Assembly (NCBI GenBank): GCA_004321915.1
Contig: SCQE01000041.1
Location: forward strand, 101,191-165,190
Direction: 5' to 3'
Length of the DNA stretch: 64,000 nucleotides
DNA from: Nitrospirota bacterium
Lineage (GTDB): Bacteria > Nitrospirota > Thermodesulfovibrionia > Thermodesulfovibrionales > Dissulfurispiraceae
The translations under genes and the position numbers were made by a program. Positions within the stretch are counted from its first letter, which is position 1. The number at the start of each line of letters is the position of its first letter. The notes under the pieces were generated by a model. The model made no database searches. It was not told the origin of the DNA and worked only from the letters and a program-made list of their open reading frames with translations. Positions 1 to 9,996 of this stretch are shown here, one piece after another.

Positions 1-1880
1 GCGCTGTGGTAAACGAGGGAGCCTTCGACCTTTATGGATTCCCTGTTTTTAGCAAGCTCCACTGCCTTTGCCCTCGGGACGTTCAGTTCGTATCTGCGGC
101 CTAACGCCTCCGCATCGAAGGCCTGCCGGTCCGCGTCGTATCTGCCGAGCTTTATGTCGAAGGAGTAGGGATAAAGAACAGTGCGGGACTGCTCCAGCGC
201 CCTGTCTATCTTTGCCTGATATTCCCTTTGCAGCCTCGATTTTTCACTGTCCGCAGATTTTATGCGGCCGTCGTATTCGGACGTGGTTTCGAACTCTCCC
301 TTAGGGGCGTATAGCGCTTTCGTTTTTTGGTCCAGCTCCTGATTGAGGCCGTCGATCACAGCCTTGAACGAATAATACCGCTCGTCGAGTACAGTGGACG
401 TTTTTGCAAAATCGAAGATGAGCAGGGAAGACTCTTTGTTTTTGTAGCTGGGTTCATGCACGGAGAATAATTTGTAGTCCGGACCGATTGTTACATTAGG
501 CGCGGATTTTGCGCCTTTCAGGCTTAGGATTTTCGTCATGGTATTCTTGTCCCATAGGATGGTTGTGTTGTCAGTGCTTCCGTTCGTATAAAAATACCTC
601 TCGAAGAATATGGCATAGCTGATGCCGCCGTCATGGGCGTTGATCTTTTTTACGGCCTTTCCCGAGGCCAAATCATAGACGGTCATGGTCCCGTCGCCTT
701 TACGTCCGTAGGACGAAACGTAGGAAAGGACCTTCGGAGCTTCCCCCGCATCAACAAATACTACGTCCGGAAACTTGTCGGCGCCGGAGACAGAGAAAAT
801 CCGCCTTCCGGTCCGGCTGTCCCAGATTGAGGTTGTTTTGTCTTTTGTGCCCTTTGTGACGAGATACCTGCCGTCTTTAAAAGTGTAATCGAAGTATGCG
901 CTGTCTACTCCGCCCGGATGCGCGGAAATGGTCCTAAGCTCCCTCCCGTTTTCCATGTCCCAAAGCGTTACCGGCAAGTCGTACCTGTACAAGCATGATG
1001 CTCCGAGCTTTTCGTTCCCGCTCAGAGAGAATGCAGGATAACCTGAAGAGGATTCTTTAGCGTCTGCATCTCCCTTTATGCGTAAGACTTTGTCCAAGCT
1101 TTTCAGGTCGAAGACATGACGGATTTTATCCAAAGACATGACCAAAAGATGTCTGGGATGAAGGTATGCGTTGTATATGCCGCTTTCGAATCCCGAAAAG
1201 GTCTTTATCTTTTCTCCGTTCGAGATATTTCGTATGACAATTTCATCCTCTCCGGGAATCTCGTCTATGTAACAGGCCGCATATGGCGACTTAAAGGCGT
1301 AAGCTATTATAGGCCTGCCTTTGTATGTCTGTGGATTATATTTGCCGTTGAGCGAGATTATCTTTTCACCGGTCACCGGCTCGATTATGGCAGCGTGGTT
1401 TCTATCTCCCGATTCGCACTGTATTTTTGAGGGCAGATGTCCCCACAAAAAATATGCAAATTCGATCCCGCTTTCGTGGCATTCCATTTCCCTGATCTTC
1501 CGGCCCGTTTCGAGCTCCCACAGGTATATTTTTTTGTCGCCGCTCTCTTTTTTAAAATACGCAAGCGCGGTCCTGTTGTCCGGGCTGAAGGACAGCTCCG
1601 CAGGGAACAGCTTGTTGTCAGGGCCGTGCTTATGTTTGATGGTGATGATCTTTTTCCATGTTTTTGTGTCCCATACTATGCCTTCGTCGTCAGCCCCGGA
1701 TGTGAACAAATAGCGGTCCCCGCCGAATGAAACCGTCCTTATCCCATTCTGGTGCTTTATCTGTTTTTCGACGTTATACAGTTGCGATACAGGAATAAGA
1801 AACTCGTCTCCTGCAAATGATAAAGAAGGGCTCAGGACAATCAACAAAACGAAAAAGAACAGTATATTAAGATTGTGCAT
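1..1880 (-). CDS. exported WD40-like/beta-propeller repeat protein; C-terminal end runs off the window
   Basis: Absent from the ORF track because it has no in-window stop. My translation of the minus strand from the ATG at 1880 gives MHNLNILFFFVLLIVLSPSLSFAGDEF (signal peptide). Repeated blade-like motifs follow (GADDEGIVWDTKTWK, KIYLWELETGRK, TTSIWDSRTGRR, TTILWDKNT). The segments I translated (about 1430-1880 and 1-840) are open, and no stop-bounded minus-strand ORF is listed for 1-1945 in the track, consistent with the frame staying open to base 1. Confidence 0.6.
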   Translation of the reverse strand, partial: MHNLNILFFFVLLIVLSPSLSFAGDEFLIPVSQLYNVEKQIKHQNGIRTVSFGGDRYLFTSGADDEGIVWDTKTWKKIITIKHKHGPDNKLFPAELSFSPDNRTALAYFKKESGDKKIYLWELETGRKIREMECHESGIEFAYFLWGHLPSKIQCESGDRNHAAIIEPVTGEKIISLNGKYNPQTYKGRPIIAYAFKSPYAACYIDEIPGEDEIVIRNISNGEKIKTFSGFESGIYNAYLHPRHLLVMSLDKIRHVFDLKSLDKVLRIKGDADAKESSSGYPAFSLSGNEKLGASCLYRYDLPVTLWDMENGRELRTISAHPGGVDSAYFDYTFKDGRYLVTKGTKDKTTSIWDSRTGRRIFSVSGADKFPDVVFVDAGEAPKVLSYVSSYGRKGDGTMTVYDLASGKAVKKINAHDGGISYAIFFERYFYTNGSTDNTTILWDKNTMTKILSLKGAKSAPNVTIGPDYKLFSVHEPSYKNKESSLLIFDFAKTSTVLDERYYSFKAVIDGLNQELDQKTKALYAPKGEFETTSEYDGRIKSADSEKSRLQREYQAKIDRALEQSRTVLYPYSFDIKLGRYDADRQAFDAEALGRRYELNVPRAKAVELAKNRESIKVEGSLVYHS

Positions 1881-1994
1881 ACAACCTCCCTTGATATTAA
1901 ATTATATCATTTCAAAAAGCAGCTGTGATTTATCAGGAACCGACTCTAAAATGGTAATATATCATCACAGAAAATAAAGATCGGGGACATTACA

Positions 1995-2945
1995 ATGAGA
2001 AAACGTATTATAGTTACAGGGGGGGCGGGTTTTTTAGGATCGCACCTCTGTGAAAAGCTGCTTAAAGAAGGCAAAGAAGTCATCTGCGTCGACAACTTTT
2101 TCACCGGCAGCAAACACAATATCAAGCATCTCATGGACAACCCTTATTTCGAGATGCTCCGTCATGATATTACTTTTCCCCTATATCTCGAAGCGGATGA
2201 AATATACAATCTCGCATGTCCGGCAAGTCCCGTGCATTACCAGTTCGACCCTGTACAGACCACCAAAACCAGCGTTATGGGGTCCATAAACATGCTCGGA
2301 CTCGCAAAGAGGCTGAAAATAAAGGTCCTGCTAGCATCCACATCCGAGGTTTACGGAGATCCTGAGGTCCACCCGCAGCCCGAATCATACAAAGGCAGTG
2401 TAAATCCCATCGGACCGAGGGCCTGCTACGATGAGGGGAAACGATGCGCCGAAACTTTATTCTTCGATTATAACCGCCAGCACAAACTAAAGATAAAAGT
2501 CGTGAGGATATTCAACACTTACGGCCCGTATATGCATCCTAACGACGGAAGGGTTGTGTCGAATTTCATAATGCAGGCGCTCCAGAACAAGGACATCACT
2601 ATCTACGGTGAAGGCACACAGACAAGAAGCTTCTGTTATGTGGACGACCTTGTGGACGGTCTGGTCAAGATGATGGATTCACGGCATGATTTTACAGGAC
2701 CGGTCAACCTCGGCAATCCTGACGAGTTTACTATGCTTGGACTTGCCAAAAAAATTATCGAACTTACAGGCTCAAAAGCGAAACTGGCGTTCAAGCCGCT
2801 GCCGTCTGACGATCCTATGCAGCGCAAGCCGGATATTGCACTCGCCCGCAAGGAACTGGCATGGGAACCCAAAGTAAAACTCGAAGAAGGCCTTAGAAAA
2901 ACTATCGCCTATTTTGACGGACTCTTGAAAAACGGCAGTATCTGA
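1995..2945 (+). CDS. UDP-glucuronate decarboxylase (UDP-xylose synthase, SDR family)
   Basis: N-terminal Rossmann motif [12 protein letters not shown]. Full-length resemblance to the UXS family, including [31 protein letters not shown] and RIFNTYGP. Confidence 0.85.
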   Translation: MRKRIIVTGGAGFLGSHLCEKLLKEGKEVICVDNFFTGSKHNIKHLMDNPYFEMLRHDITFPLYLEADEIYNLACPASPVHYQFDPVQTTKTSVMGSINMLGLAKRLKIKVLLASTSEVYGDPEVHPQPESYKGSVNPIGPRACYDEGKRCAETLFFDYNRQHKLKIKVVRIFNTYGPYMHPNDGRVVSNFIMQALQNKDITIYGEGTQTRSFCYVDDLVDGLVKMMDSRHDFTGPVNLGNPDEFTMLGLAKKIIELTGSKAKLAFKPLPSDDPMQRKPDIALARKELAWEPKVKLEEGLRKTIAYFDGLLKNGSI

Positions 2946-4204
2946 TCCAAAACACCGGGATTACAGTCGCCTATCGCAGGCTTTTTGCATCGCTTGCCGT
3001 CTATCCACAGTGCATTGGTCAGTTCGGTCTTTTTAAACGAGGCGTTTTTTATTATTGCCCCTTCGAGCAAAGCTTCTGTCAGGTTGGCTTCCGACAGGTC
3101 GGCCCCGACAAGGTCCGCACTCTTAAGATTCGCCCTGAAAAGGTTTGCTGCTTTCAGATTGGACTTTGCAAGCACAGCCTTTGATAAATCGGCGCCTGCA
3201 AAGTTCATTTTAGCCAAGTCTTTGCCGGAAAGCGTTGTTCCGGAAAGCAGGGCCGAATCGAAATTAGCGCCGGTGACATTAACGGATGTAAGGTCCTTTC
3301 CCGTCAGGTCAACACGGTCCATTGCCGCATTCCTGAAATCAGCGTATGAAATATCGGTATCCCTAAGATCTATAGAAATAAGGTTGGCGCTGTTCAATCT
3401 GGTCCTTTTCAAAACAGCGCCTTTCAAATTCCCTGCCCTGAAATCAGCCGATATAAGGCTTGCGTCGGTAAAATCAGCTCCGTTTATGTCTGCATTCAGC
3501 AGGATTGCTCCGTTAAGGCTTGAACCTAAAAACTTTGCGTCCTTTAGAACAGCCCCGCTTAAATTCAAACCGTCAAGGTTCCTTCCGCTGAAATTTGCGC
3601 CTTTAAGGTTTGTATTCATCAGAACGGTCCCGGAAAGGTCGGCATTTGTCAGGTCCGCTCCTGACATGGCCGCATTTGAAAGATTGGCATTACCGAGATT
3701 TATTCCTGCCATCCTGCAACCCGACAAATTTGCATTGCTCATATCGGCATTAAAAAAAACAGCTCCGGTCAGATTGGCCCCGGTCATATCCGCATCGGAA
3801 AGCTTTGCACCTTTTAATGAGGCCCCGTTAAGGTCTGACGAGAGCATCTTGGCGCGGTTAAGTTTTGCGCCGTTCATGACCGCATTACTGAAATCGGCGT
3901 CGCCCAAATCAGCGCCCCGCAGGTCTATTTTCGACAGGTTCGCCCCGCGTAAAACAGCCCCGCCCAATTTTGCGCCTGCCAACCCGGCCTCGCCGAGTTC
4001 CGCGTTGCTCAAGTCACATTTCGGACAATTTTTGGTCTGCTGAAGCTGCGCTAAGTGGGCAGGATCGAAACAATACGCCTTGACCTGAAAAACAAAAAAA
4101 AGAATACAGAAAATATATGATAAAACCGCGTATAGAGGCAATTTAAATAAAGTCGAAGAGGCTCGATCCCATAAATTCCGACGAAAGCTTGCGAAGGCTT
4201 TCAA
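2909..4204 (-). CDS. exported/membrane-anchored pentapeptide-repeat protein
   Basis: About 330 aa in an uninterrupted A(D/N)LxX pentapeptide register ([34 protein letters not shown]...), preceded by a hydrophobic N-terminal segment ([22 protein letters not shown]). An alternative TTG start at 4141, one base after the flgL stop, would remove the 62-nt overlap with flgL. Confidence 0.8.
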   Translation of the reverse strand: MKAFASFRRNLWDRASSTLFKLPLYAVLSYIFCILFFVFQVKAYCFDPAHLAQLQQTKNCPKCDLSNAELGEAGLAGAKLGGAVLRGANLSKIDLRGADLGDADFSNAVMNGAKLNRAKMLSSDLNGASLKGAKLSDADMTGANLTGAVFFNADMSNANLSGCRMAGINLGNANLSNAAMSGADLTNADLSGTVLMNTNLKGANFSGRNLDGLNLSGAVLKDAKFLGSSLNGAILLNADINGADFTDASLISADFRAGNLKGAVLKRTRLNSANLISIDLRDTDISYADFRNAAMDRVDLTGKDLTSVNVTGANFDSALLSGTTLSGKDLAKMNFAGADLSKAVLAKSNLKAANLFRANLKSADLVGADLSEANLTEALLEGAIIKNASFKKTELTNALWIDGKRCKKPAIGDCNPGVLDQILPFFKSPSK

Positions 4205-5525
4205 GGGACTGCTGCTTCAACTGGACCTGTATGCTGAGCTGCGCATAATCCAACTGCTGCACATCTCGAATATCAGAAAGGTTGTTGGTGACTGTGCTTT
4301 TACGGGATATTTCGAACTTGTCCTCCATCTCTATCATATCCAGTCTTACACCGACATCTATCTGCTTGGTTTTGAGATTATCCAAGACCTTGGTCAGATA
4401 GTCAGAGCCCTTTGATATCCTGCGGGTATCGTCATTATCGATGGCCTCTTTCAGATAATTTACGGCCCTGAGCATATTATTCTCATTGAGATAATTGTTA
4501 TTGAAACTATAATAGTTGGGATTTGTAGGATCTGAAATGTAATTATAGTTCGTTATGTCTGTCCCTAACGTCAAATTCGAAAAAAGATTAAGGCCTGTGC
4601 CTGCGCCGTCGGCCGTAACCACAGAAATAGTCGTTTTAGTTATATCCATCTCGGTCGTCGAACCTAGGACTATTCTGTAATCATCATTGGCGGCAGCTCC
4701 TGTAGTGTTGAAGTTTACCACAGCAGCCTTGACTCCGGCATTGGCGGCATTTATATCGGAGGCTGTCTGGTTGAGGGTCCTGCCTGCGGCAATTGCAACG
4801 GCAGTTCCATTAATCGTCACCGTGCCGCCGTTTACCGTAAAAACATTTGTTCCTGCGGTAAAGCTTCCGTTCGCAGTATAGCGTCCCGATTGTGGGTCGG
4901 CATCATTGAGCGTAATTGCGCCGCTATTATTCCAGTTATAGGTCGGCATTACGGCAACCGATGAATCAGCAGGATTAATACGCTTAAAACTAAAAATCTG
5001 ATTGCCCGGAATATTGGTCAAAACCTTAACGCCGGCACCTATCTCGGCCTCCACATAATCGGTACTACCCACAAATTCACCTGTATTTCTGTCGACTGCC
5101 GGAGCATCCGCTTTCTGTCCCGAAAAAACGTATTTGTCCCCGGATTTCGTATTGGCGATATCTATCATTGTCGATATTATACTTTCAACCGTTTTTGTAT
5201 AAGCCTTTCTATCCACGCCCCCCATGCCCATCGTTTTTGCAGCAACGCCTTTTACGAGCGCGACATTTTGAGAAAGGCCGTTAAGGGATGTTTCAACCGT
5301 TTTTAACGTAAGCCTTACATCGCTGATAGACCTCGAATATTGATTGATACTCGAAAGCTGGACATTGTAATCGGTGATCCGGGACATTGCGGACGGGTCG
5401 TCAGACGGCCGGTTGATCTTTCTGCCGCTTGCGAGTTGCTCGTAGATATTAAACGACCCTTTGATACTATCCTGCATGGAATTGAGGATACTGTCATATA
5501 TCATCCTAGTGGTAATTCTGCTCAT
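4143..5525 (-). CDS. flgL: flagellar hook-associated protein 3 (hook-filament junction)
   Basis: N-terminus MSRITTRMIYDS...GRKINRPSDDP and a conserved flagellin-like C-terminal helix. Sits directly after flgK. An AGGTGA ribosome-binding site lies 5 nt upstream. Confidence 0.85.
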   Translation of the reverse strand: MSRITTRMIYDSILNSMQDSIKGSFNIYEQLASGRKINRPSDDPSAMSRITDYNVQLSSINQYSRSISDVRLTLKTVETSLNGLSQNVALVKGVAAKTMGMGGVDRKAYTKTVESIISTMIDIANTKSGDKYVFSGQKADAPAVDRNTGEFVGSTDYVEAEIGAGVKVLTNIPGNQIFSFKRINPADSSVAVMPTYNWNNSGAITLNDADPQSGRYTANGSFTAGTNVFTVNGGTVTINGTAVAIAAGRTLNQTASDINAANAGVKAAVVNFNTTGAAANDDYRIVLGSTTEMDITKTTISVVTADGAGTGLNLFSNLTLGTDITNYNYISDPTNPNYYSFNNNYLNENNMLRAVNYLKEAIDNDDTRRISKGSDYLTKVLDNLKTKQIDVGVRLDMIEMEDKFEISRKSTVTNNLSDIRDVQQLDYAQLSIQVQLKQQSLESLRKLSSEFMGSSLFDFI

Positions 5526-5529
5526 AATA

Positions 5530-7659
5530 TCACCTGCCTACAGTATTCATTAATGTTGTAAACGCTTCATCCGCCACAGATATCACCTTAGCGGCCGCCT
5601 GAAAGGCCTTTTGGTACTTTACAAGATTGATCGCTTCCTCATCGAGATTTACCCCTGAAGTTTCCTGTCTCCTTTTTTCCAACTGCTCTACAAGGGTCTT
5701 GTAAAAACCGGCATTTACCTTTGCGGAATTGGCCTCCACACCGCTGTCATCCACTATTGTGCGATAAAATGTGAACGTATTGTTTCCTGAAAAAATATTC
5801 GTATCTTCCGCAAGCCCTGCTATCAGGCCTGCATTCATGTTGTCCCCGGCCTTGCCTGAAGACGATAAAATAGGATAAACGGCAAAATCGCTGGTGTCCG
5901 TGCCGGCCACGGCGATAGGGGTATAGTTTGTTGTGTTGAACCCCATGACCCCTGCCGCAGTAGATATTGTGCTCGTCCAGTCCAGCAGTATGGGCTTTGC
6001 ATTGCCTGCATCGTTCGTAATTGTATACTTCTTGGTCGCCGCGCTGTATGCCACCGTGTATGTGCCGGCTGTGGTCGTATCAGCCCCCTCGAGGGCGGTT
6101 TTTACGGCCGCTGAAAGCTGATATCTTGTGTACGTCCCGGCAGCGATCTTTGCGGTCTTAAAGGCAGGCGAAGCCGCAGTCGTGTCTTCAGTAAAACGAA
6201 TAGTATCGTTGGATGAATCTATAATTATCGTATCGCCGGCTGCCGCTGCAACCAGTTTAGGGTCATTCAATTTAACAGCCATACTCATTGCAGCATTGCG
6301 GTTCTGTTTAAGCGTAAATGTCCCGGTTCCTGCAGCAGCAAGGCTCCCTGCGCCTGCTTGGGCACCGTCGATCCTGACTTTTATGCCGTTAAACGAAAGC
6401 GTCCTGTAATTAGGGCTTTCATTGTTATCGTACGCCAGAGTCACGCTTCCGACAGGAACATCGGCAATGGCATCCCATGATTGGGTTGTGCTGTTCCATG
6501 TGGTCTCTCTCACCCTCCAGAAGATACCCGAGGCGCCTTCCTGCTGATAACCCGCCCCTGCTGCGTTGCTGTAATCTATCGTGTATTGAGTGTCCTTATC
6601 GGTTGCAAAGGCATTTACATCCGTAACGTTGAATCTTGTAATCTGGCCTGTGGCCGGATTGGTTATGTCCGCAAGCGCGCCGTTCACGCTAAAAAAATCA
6701 TTGCCGGTAGAACCGTCAAGGGCATAGCCCTGTCTATGGTAATAATTGATATAATCCGATACATTTATCGCAAAAGCGTTCAGCCTGTTCTGTCTGTTAA
6801 TAATTACCGAATCCCTTAGATCGAGATTTGACTTCAACTGTCCGCCGGTTATGTCATTTGTTATCTCCCTAGCGGGTTCGGTTGAAGAAAGTGTCACCTT
6901 AAAATGCATCATTCCGACATTGTCAGACGAAACGCTCATATTGTAAGAACGCGCGCCGTCGACCAGAGCAACGCCTCCGACAAGCACCGTGTATCTGTGG
7001 TTATTGTCCTCGAAAGTATTCACCTTTACGGTCTCGTTAAGTTTCTCTATCAGACTGTCTCTCTGGTCCTGCAGATCATAGAGGCCGGGCGCGATAGATA
7101 TTTTTTCGTTCAATGAGGATATCTCGGATGTGAGCTTGTTGATCTCCGAAACAAGCACATTACTGTTCTTCAGTATCTCGGTGCGTTCATCATCAAGGGC
7201 CGTACCTGCCTGAGCTATTCTCGATGACAGATACTCGCCCCTATTAATCGTTAAAGCCCTGCCGGCGTAACCGACAGGATTTTTATAAAGTTCGTTCCAT
7301 GAGTTAAAAAAATCATTTATGCTCTGTCCGATACTGTTGTCGTCGGCCTCGTTAAACAAGCTCTCTACGTTCGATATCCCTGTTTCATAGTCTTCCCAGT
7401 ACGCAAGATTAGCTTTTTCTGTCCTGATCTGGAGAGAGGTAAAGGAATCATACATCCGGCTGATTTCAGATACCCTTACGCCCCTGCCCGAAACCCCGGC
7501 CATTGCGCTGAACCCCGCCGATATGCTCTCTAAAACCACCGATTGCCTCGAATATCCGGGCGTTGCCGCATTAGCGACATTGTGGGCCGCAACATCGAGC
7601 GCCCTTCTGCTCGTAATTAACGCCGACCTGCCGATATCGAATAACCCGCCTATAGACAT
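5530..7659 (-). CDS. flgK: flagellar hook-associated protein 1
   Basis: N-terminus MSIGGLFDIGRSALITSRRALDVAAHNVANAATPGYSRQ and C-terminus EEAINLVKYQKAFQAAAKVI. The central region is long and variable. Confidence 0.9.
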   Translation of the reverse strand: MSIGGLFDIGRSALITSRRALDVAAHNVANAATPGYSRQSVVLESISAGFSAMAGVSGRGVRVSEISRMYDSFTSLQIRTEKANLAYWEDYETGISNVESLFNEADDNSIGQSINDFFNSWNELYKNPVGYAGRALTINRGEYLSSRIAQAGTALDDERTEILKNSNVLVSEINKLTSEISSLNEKISIAPGLYDLQDQRDSLIEKLNETVKVNTFEDNNHRYTVLVGGVALVDGARSYNMSVSSDNVGMMHFKVTLSSTEPAREITNDITGGQLKSNLDLRDSVIINRQNRLNAFAINVSDYINYYHRQGYALDGSTGNDFFSVNGALADITNPATGQITRFNVTDVNAFATDKDTQYTIDYSNAAGAGYQQEGASGIFWRVRETTWNSTTQSWDAIADVPVGSVTLAYDNNESPNYRTLSFNGIKVRIDGAQAGAGSLAAAGTGTFTLKQNRNAAMSMAVKLNDPKLVAAAAGDTIIIDSSNDTIRFTEDTTAASPAFKTAKIAAGTYTRYQLSAAVKTALEGADTTTAGTYTVAYSAATKKYTITNDAGNAKPILLDWTSTISTAAGVMGFNTTNYTPIAVAGTDTSDFAVYPILSSSGKAGDNMNAGLIAGLAEDTNIFSGNNTFTFYRTIVDDSGVEANSAKVNAGFYKTLVEQLEKRRQETSGVNLDEEAINLVKYQKAFQAAAKVISVADEAFTTLMNTVGR

Positions 7660-8097
7660 TTATACCTCCACCGATACCTTCTGCCTCGGTTTGATATCGA
7701 ATGTATTTAAAAAATTATAAGAAGTCTTAAGGTAGTAAAGCGATTTTTCTATTAAAAGGCTGTTGAATCTGTTCAATTCGGTTATACTCTGAATTACGGA
7801 CCTGAACCGAGAAGCCATGCGGTCGACACTAGGCTTGTATTCATCCACAGCTATCTCGGCAACCTCAGAAATCGTCATGTGGCCGAATCCGAGTTCGCCG
7901 AGTATTTTTTCTCTGCGCACATCGCACATGCGTATCTTTTCGGAAATTTCATGCTTGCCGGCCAAAAGGTCTTCGAGGGCCTTGTGATCAAGAGAAACTA
8001 TCACATCCTTCTCCCTCTGCAACAATTCGAGCATCTTCGTGCAAAGATCGAATTCGGTCTCAAGCACATCAAGAAGATCTTCATACAATTGAATCAA
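7660..8097 (-). CDS. flgN: FlgN-family flagellar export chaperone
   Basis: A 145-aa helical protein between flgM and flgK, abutting the flgK start. Pattern is FlgN-like. Confidence 0.6.
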   Translation of the reverse strand: MIQLYEDLLDVLETEFDLCTKMLELLQREKDVIVSLDHKALEDLLAGKHEISEKIRMCDVRREKILGELGFGHMTISEVAEIAVDEYKPSVDRMASRFRSVIQSITELNRFNSLLIEKSLYYLKTSYNFLNTFDIKPRQKVSVEV

Positions 8098-8377
8098 TTA
8101 TAGCCTCCTTTAGCATTTTCCCGGCCACCGCCTCCCCTTTTACGTTATAGGTGCCGGCCTTTATTTTGTCTTTCACTTCATCGACCTTGTCAGCCCGTAT
8201 ATCCGGTATTTTCTGCGCTTCCTGCTGAAGCCGGCCGATCTCTTTTCCCTTTTCCGAAACAGTTACCTGATCGTTTTTCTGGACTTCCTCTGTCTTCTCA
8301 AAGCCTCTTTCCCTTACCCGTGCTACGCTTTGCAGGCCTCCGATTGGAGCTGCTTCGATTTTGTCCGGTATCCGCAT
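8081..8377 (-). CDS. flgM: anti-sigma-28 factor FlgM
   Basis: 98 aa with the C-terminal motif IRADKVDEVKDKIKAGTYNVKGEAVAGKMLKE typical of FlgM. Position immediately upstream of flgN fits. Confidence 0.8.
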   Translation of the reverse strand: MRIPDKIEAAPIGGLQSVARVRERGFEKTEEVQKNDQVTVSEKGKEIGRLQQEAQKIPDIRADKVDEVKDKIKAGTYNVKGEAVAGKMLKEAIIDSIV

Positions 8378-8426
8378 TTTAAGTCCTCCTGATAAAGATT
8401 TTGCCGCGTAATGCAGCTTATCTTAA

Positions 8427-8453
8427 TTATCGGAGAACAATGCCTAATATTAA
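8427..8453 (-). promoter_or_regulatory. sigma-28 (FliA)-type promoter upstream of flgM
   Basis: The minus strand reads TTAATATT-N11-TCCGATAA against the consensus TAAAGTTT-N11-GCCGATAA. It lies about 50 nt upstream of the flgM ATG. Confidence 0.5.
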
Positions 8454-8791
8454 CCCCCGCTACCCATCGATGAGTACTGCTTCAACCCATAATCCCTATG
8501 TTTTAATTCGTTTTTTACACTTTCAGCGCCGGTACTTCTCATAAAGAAGCCGCCTACTCCTATCCCCTTTTCAGCCATAAATTTCGAAACTTCCGATGTT
8601 ATGAAAGGCATATAGTTGCCGACCACCTTATCTTTTCCAAAACTTGTCTGCTCCATCATCACCTTTACAAATTCGTTTATAAAGAGCGTTTCCGCGTCCT
8701 TGGATAGACTTTTGATGTCTTTCTTGGCAACATCCCCAAAGCCGGTCACTTTATGCAAAGCATCTTTGAGCGACGGTACGGGTTTCATCAC
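8450..8791 (-). CDS. flagellar rod-binding protein (FlgJ N-terminal domain only, no muramidase domain)
   Basis: 113 aa with ETLFINEFVKVMMEQTSF, like the FlgJ/CheL rod-binding domain. Lies directly after flgI. Confidence 0.65.
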   Translation of the reverse strand: MMKPVPSLKDALHKVTGFGDVAKKDIKSLSKDAETLFINEFVKVMMEQTSFGKDKVVGNYMPFITSEVSKFMAEKGIGVGGFFMRSTGAESVKNELKHRDYGLKQYSSMGSGG

Positions 8792-9996
8792 ATTATCACC
8801 AAATCTGCTTTAAGTCCGCCTGCAGCCTTAATGGCCTGAAGTATCGCAACCATATCTCTAGGAGTTACTCCAAGAGTGTTAAGCGCCTTTACGAGTTCGC
8901 CTATCGTCGCCCCTTTTACCTCCATTAACGCGGCTTTTTTCTCTTCGACAGTAACCTCTTTCTGCGCAGTGACGGCAGTCTGCGCAGCAGCAGGAGCAAG
9001 GGAAGACGGTTGCGAAACCTGATAATCGGTCCTTATAGATATAGTAAGCCCTCCGTGAGAAAGGGCCACCGGCGCAATACTCACATTTTCGCCTATTACA
9101 ACCGTGCCGGTCCTCTCGTTTATGACCACACGCGCAGGAACATCTATCGCAACATTAATAAGTTCTATGACCGACATCAATTCAACAACCCTTTCATTGA
9201 AGACGTCAGGCACTACAACGGATATAACGGCAGGCCCTTCCGGTTTTGCGTATGGCCCCCCGAGTTTTTCGTTTATCTTCTCCGAAATCCTCGCGGCTGT
9301 CGTTATATCTTGGACCATCAACATAAGGTCCAGTCTGTTTTTCCTGTTAAGCTGAACAGGGACCTCTTTTTCAACAAGCCCGCCATTGGGGATCATTCCA
9401 ACGTTCGGATGGTTTTTGGTAGCTTGGGCGCCTCCCCCGCCGCCCGAAAAACCTCCTATCGAAAGCGCCCCCTGCGCCACCGCGTAAACATTCCCGTCAA
9501 GGCCTTTTAACGGGGTCATAAGCAGAGTGCCGCCCTGCAGACTTTTCGAATCGCCGATAGAAGAGACCTGAACATCGACCCTAGAACCGGGCTTTATATT
9601 TGTCTGGAGTTTTGCCGTAACTATTACGGCGGCTATATTTTTAGTCTTTCCCTTAATATCCGCCTGACTGACATTGACGCCCATGCGGCTCAACATATTG
9701 GCGAACGGTTGATAGATATAAGTGCCGTCCTTGTCTCCAGTACCGTTAAGCCCTACCACTATTCCATATCCTATGAGTTCATTTTCCCTGATGCCGGAAA
9801 AATTTCCGATGTCCTTTATTCTTTCCCCGTAAACGGTACCTGAAAACGAGAGCAAGAGGACCGCTATGATTATAAAAGCATTAATAACATCCATTGCCGC
9901 TCTTCTTTCTTTTGTTAGTCCAATCATCTTTGTCCGCCTCGATTTCATTTTCATACAAGATTTAGTGCATCTTTCATGCCAAGTTAAAACGGCCAT
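8788..9996 (-). CDS. flgI: flagellar P-ring protein
   Basis: RIKDIGNFSGIRENELIGYGIVVGLNGTGD and the C-terminal LQAIKAAGGLKADLVIM. The real start is probably internal (the ATG at 9927 follows a GAGG) and would give a signal peptide. Confidence 0.9.
   Translation of the reverse strand: MAVLTWHERCTKSCMKMKSRRTKMIGLTKERRAAMDVINAFIIIAVLLLSFSGTVYGERIKDIGNFSGIRENELIGYGIVVGLNGTGDKDGTYIYQPFANMLSRMGVNVSQADIKGKTKNIAAVIVTAKLQTNIKPGSRVDVQVSSIGDSKSLQGGTLLMTPLKGLDGNVYAVAQGALSIGGFSGGGGGAQATKNHPNVGMIPNGGLVEKEVPVQLNRKNRLDLMLMVQDITTAARISEKINEKLGGPYAKPEGPAVISVVVPDVFNERVVELMSVIELINVAIDVPARVVINERTGTVVIGENVSIAPVALSHGGLTISIRTDYQVSQPSSLAPAAAQTAVTAQKEVTVEEKKAALMEVKGATIGELVKALNTLGVTPRDMVAILQAIKAAGGLKADLVIM

Noticed and set aside
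2985-4043. 352-aa plus-strand ORF rich in Ser/Ala/Pro/Phe/Arg
   Set aside because: It is the antisense shadow of the pentapeptide-repeat gene. The repetitive codon structure keeps the opposite frame open, and it has no start context or recognisable fold.
5900-6900. Long Thr/Ala/Gly/Asn-rich central regions in flgK, and similarly in flgL at 4560-5000, considered as foreign insertions or adhesin-like domains
   Set aside because: Variable central domains are normal for hook-associated proteins. The termini are intact and I saw no boundary repeats or compositional break.
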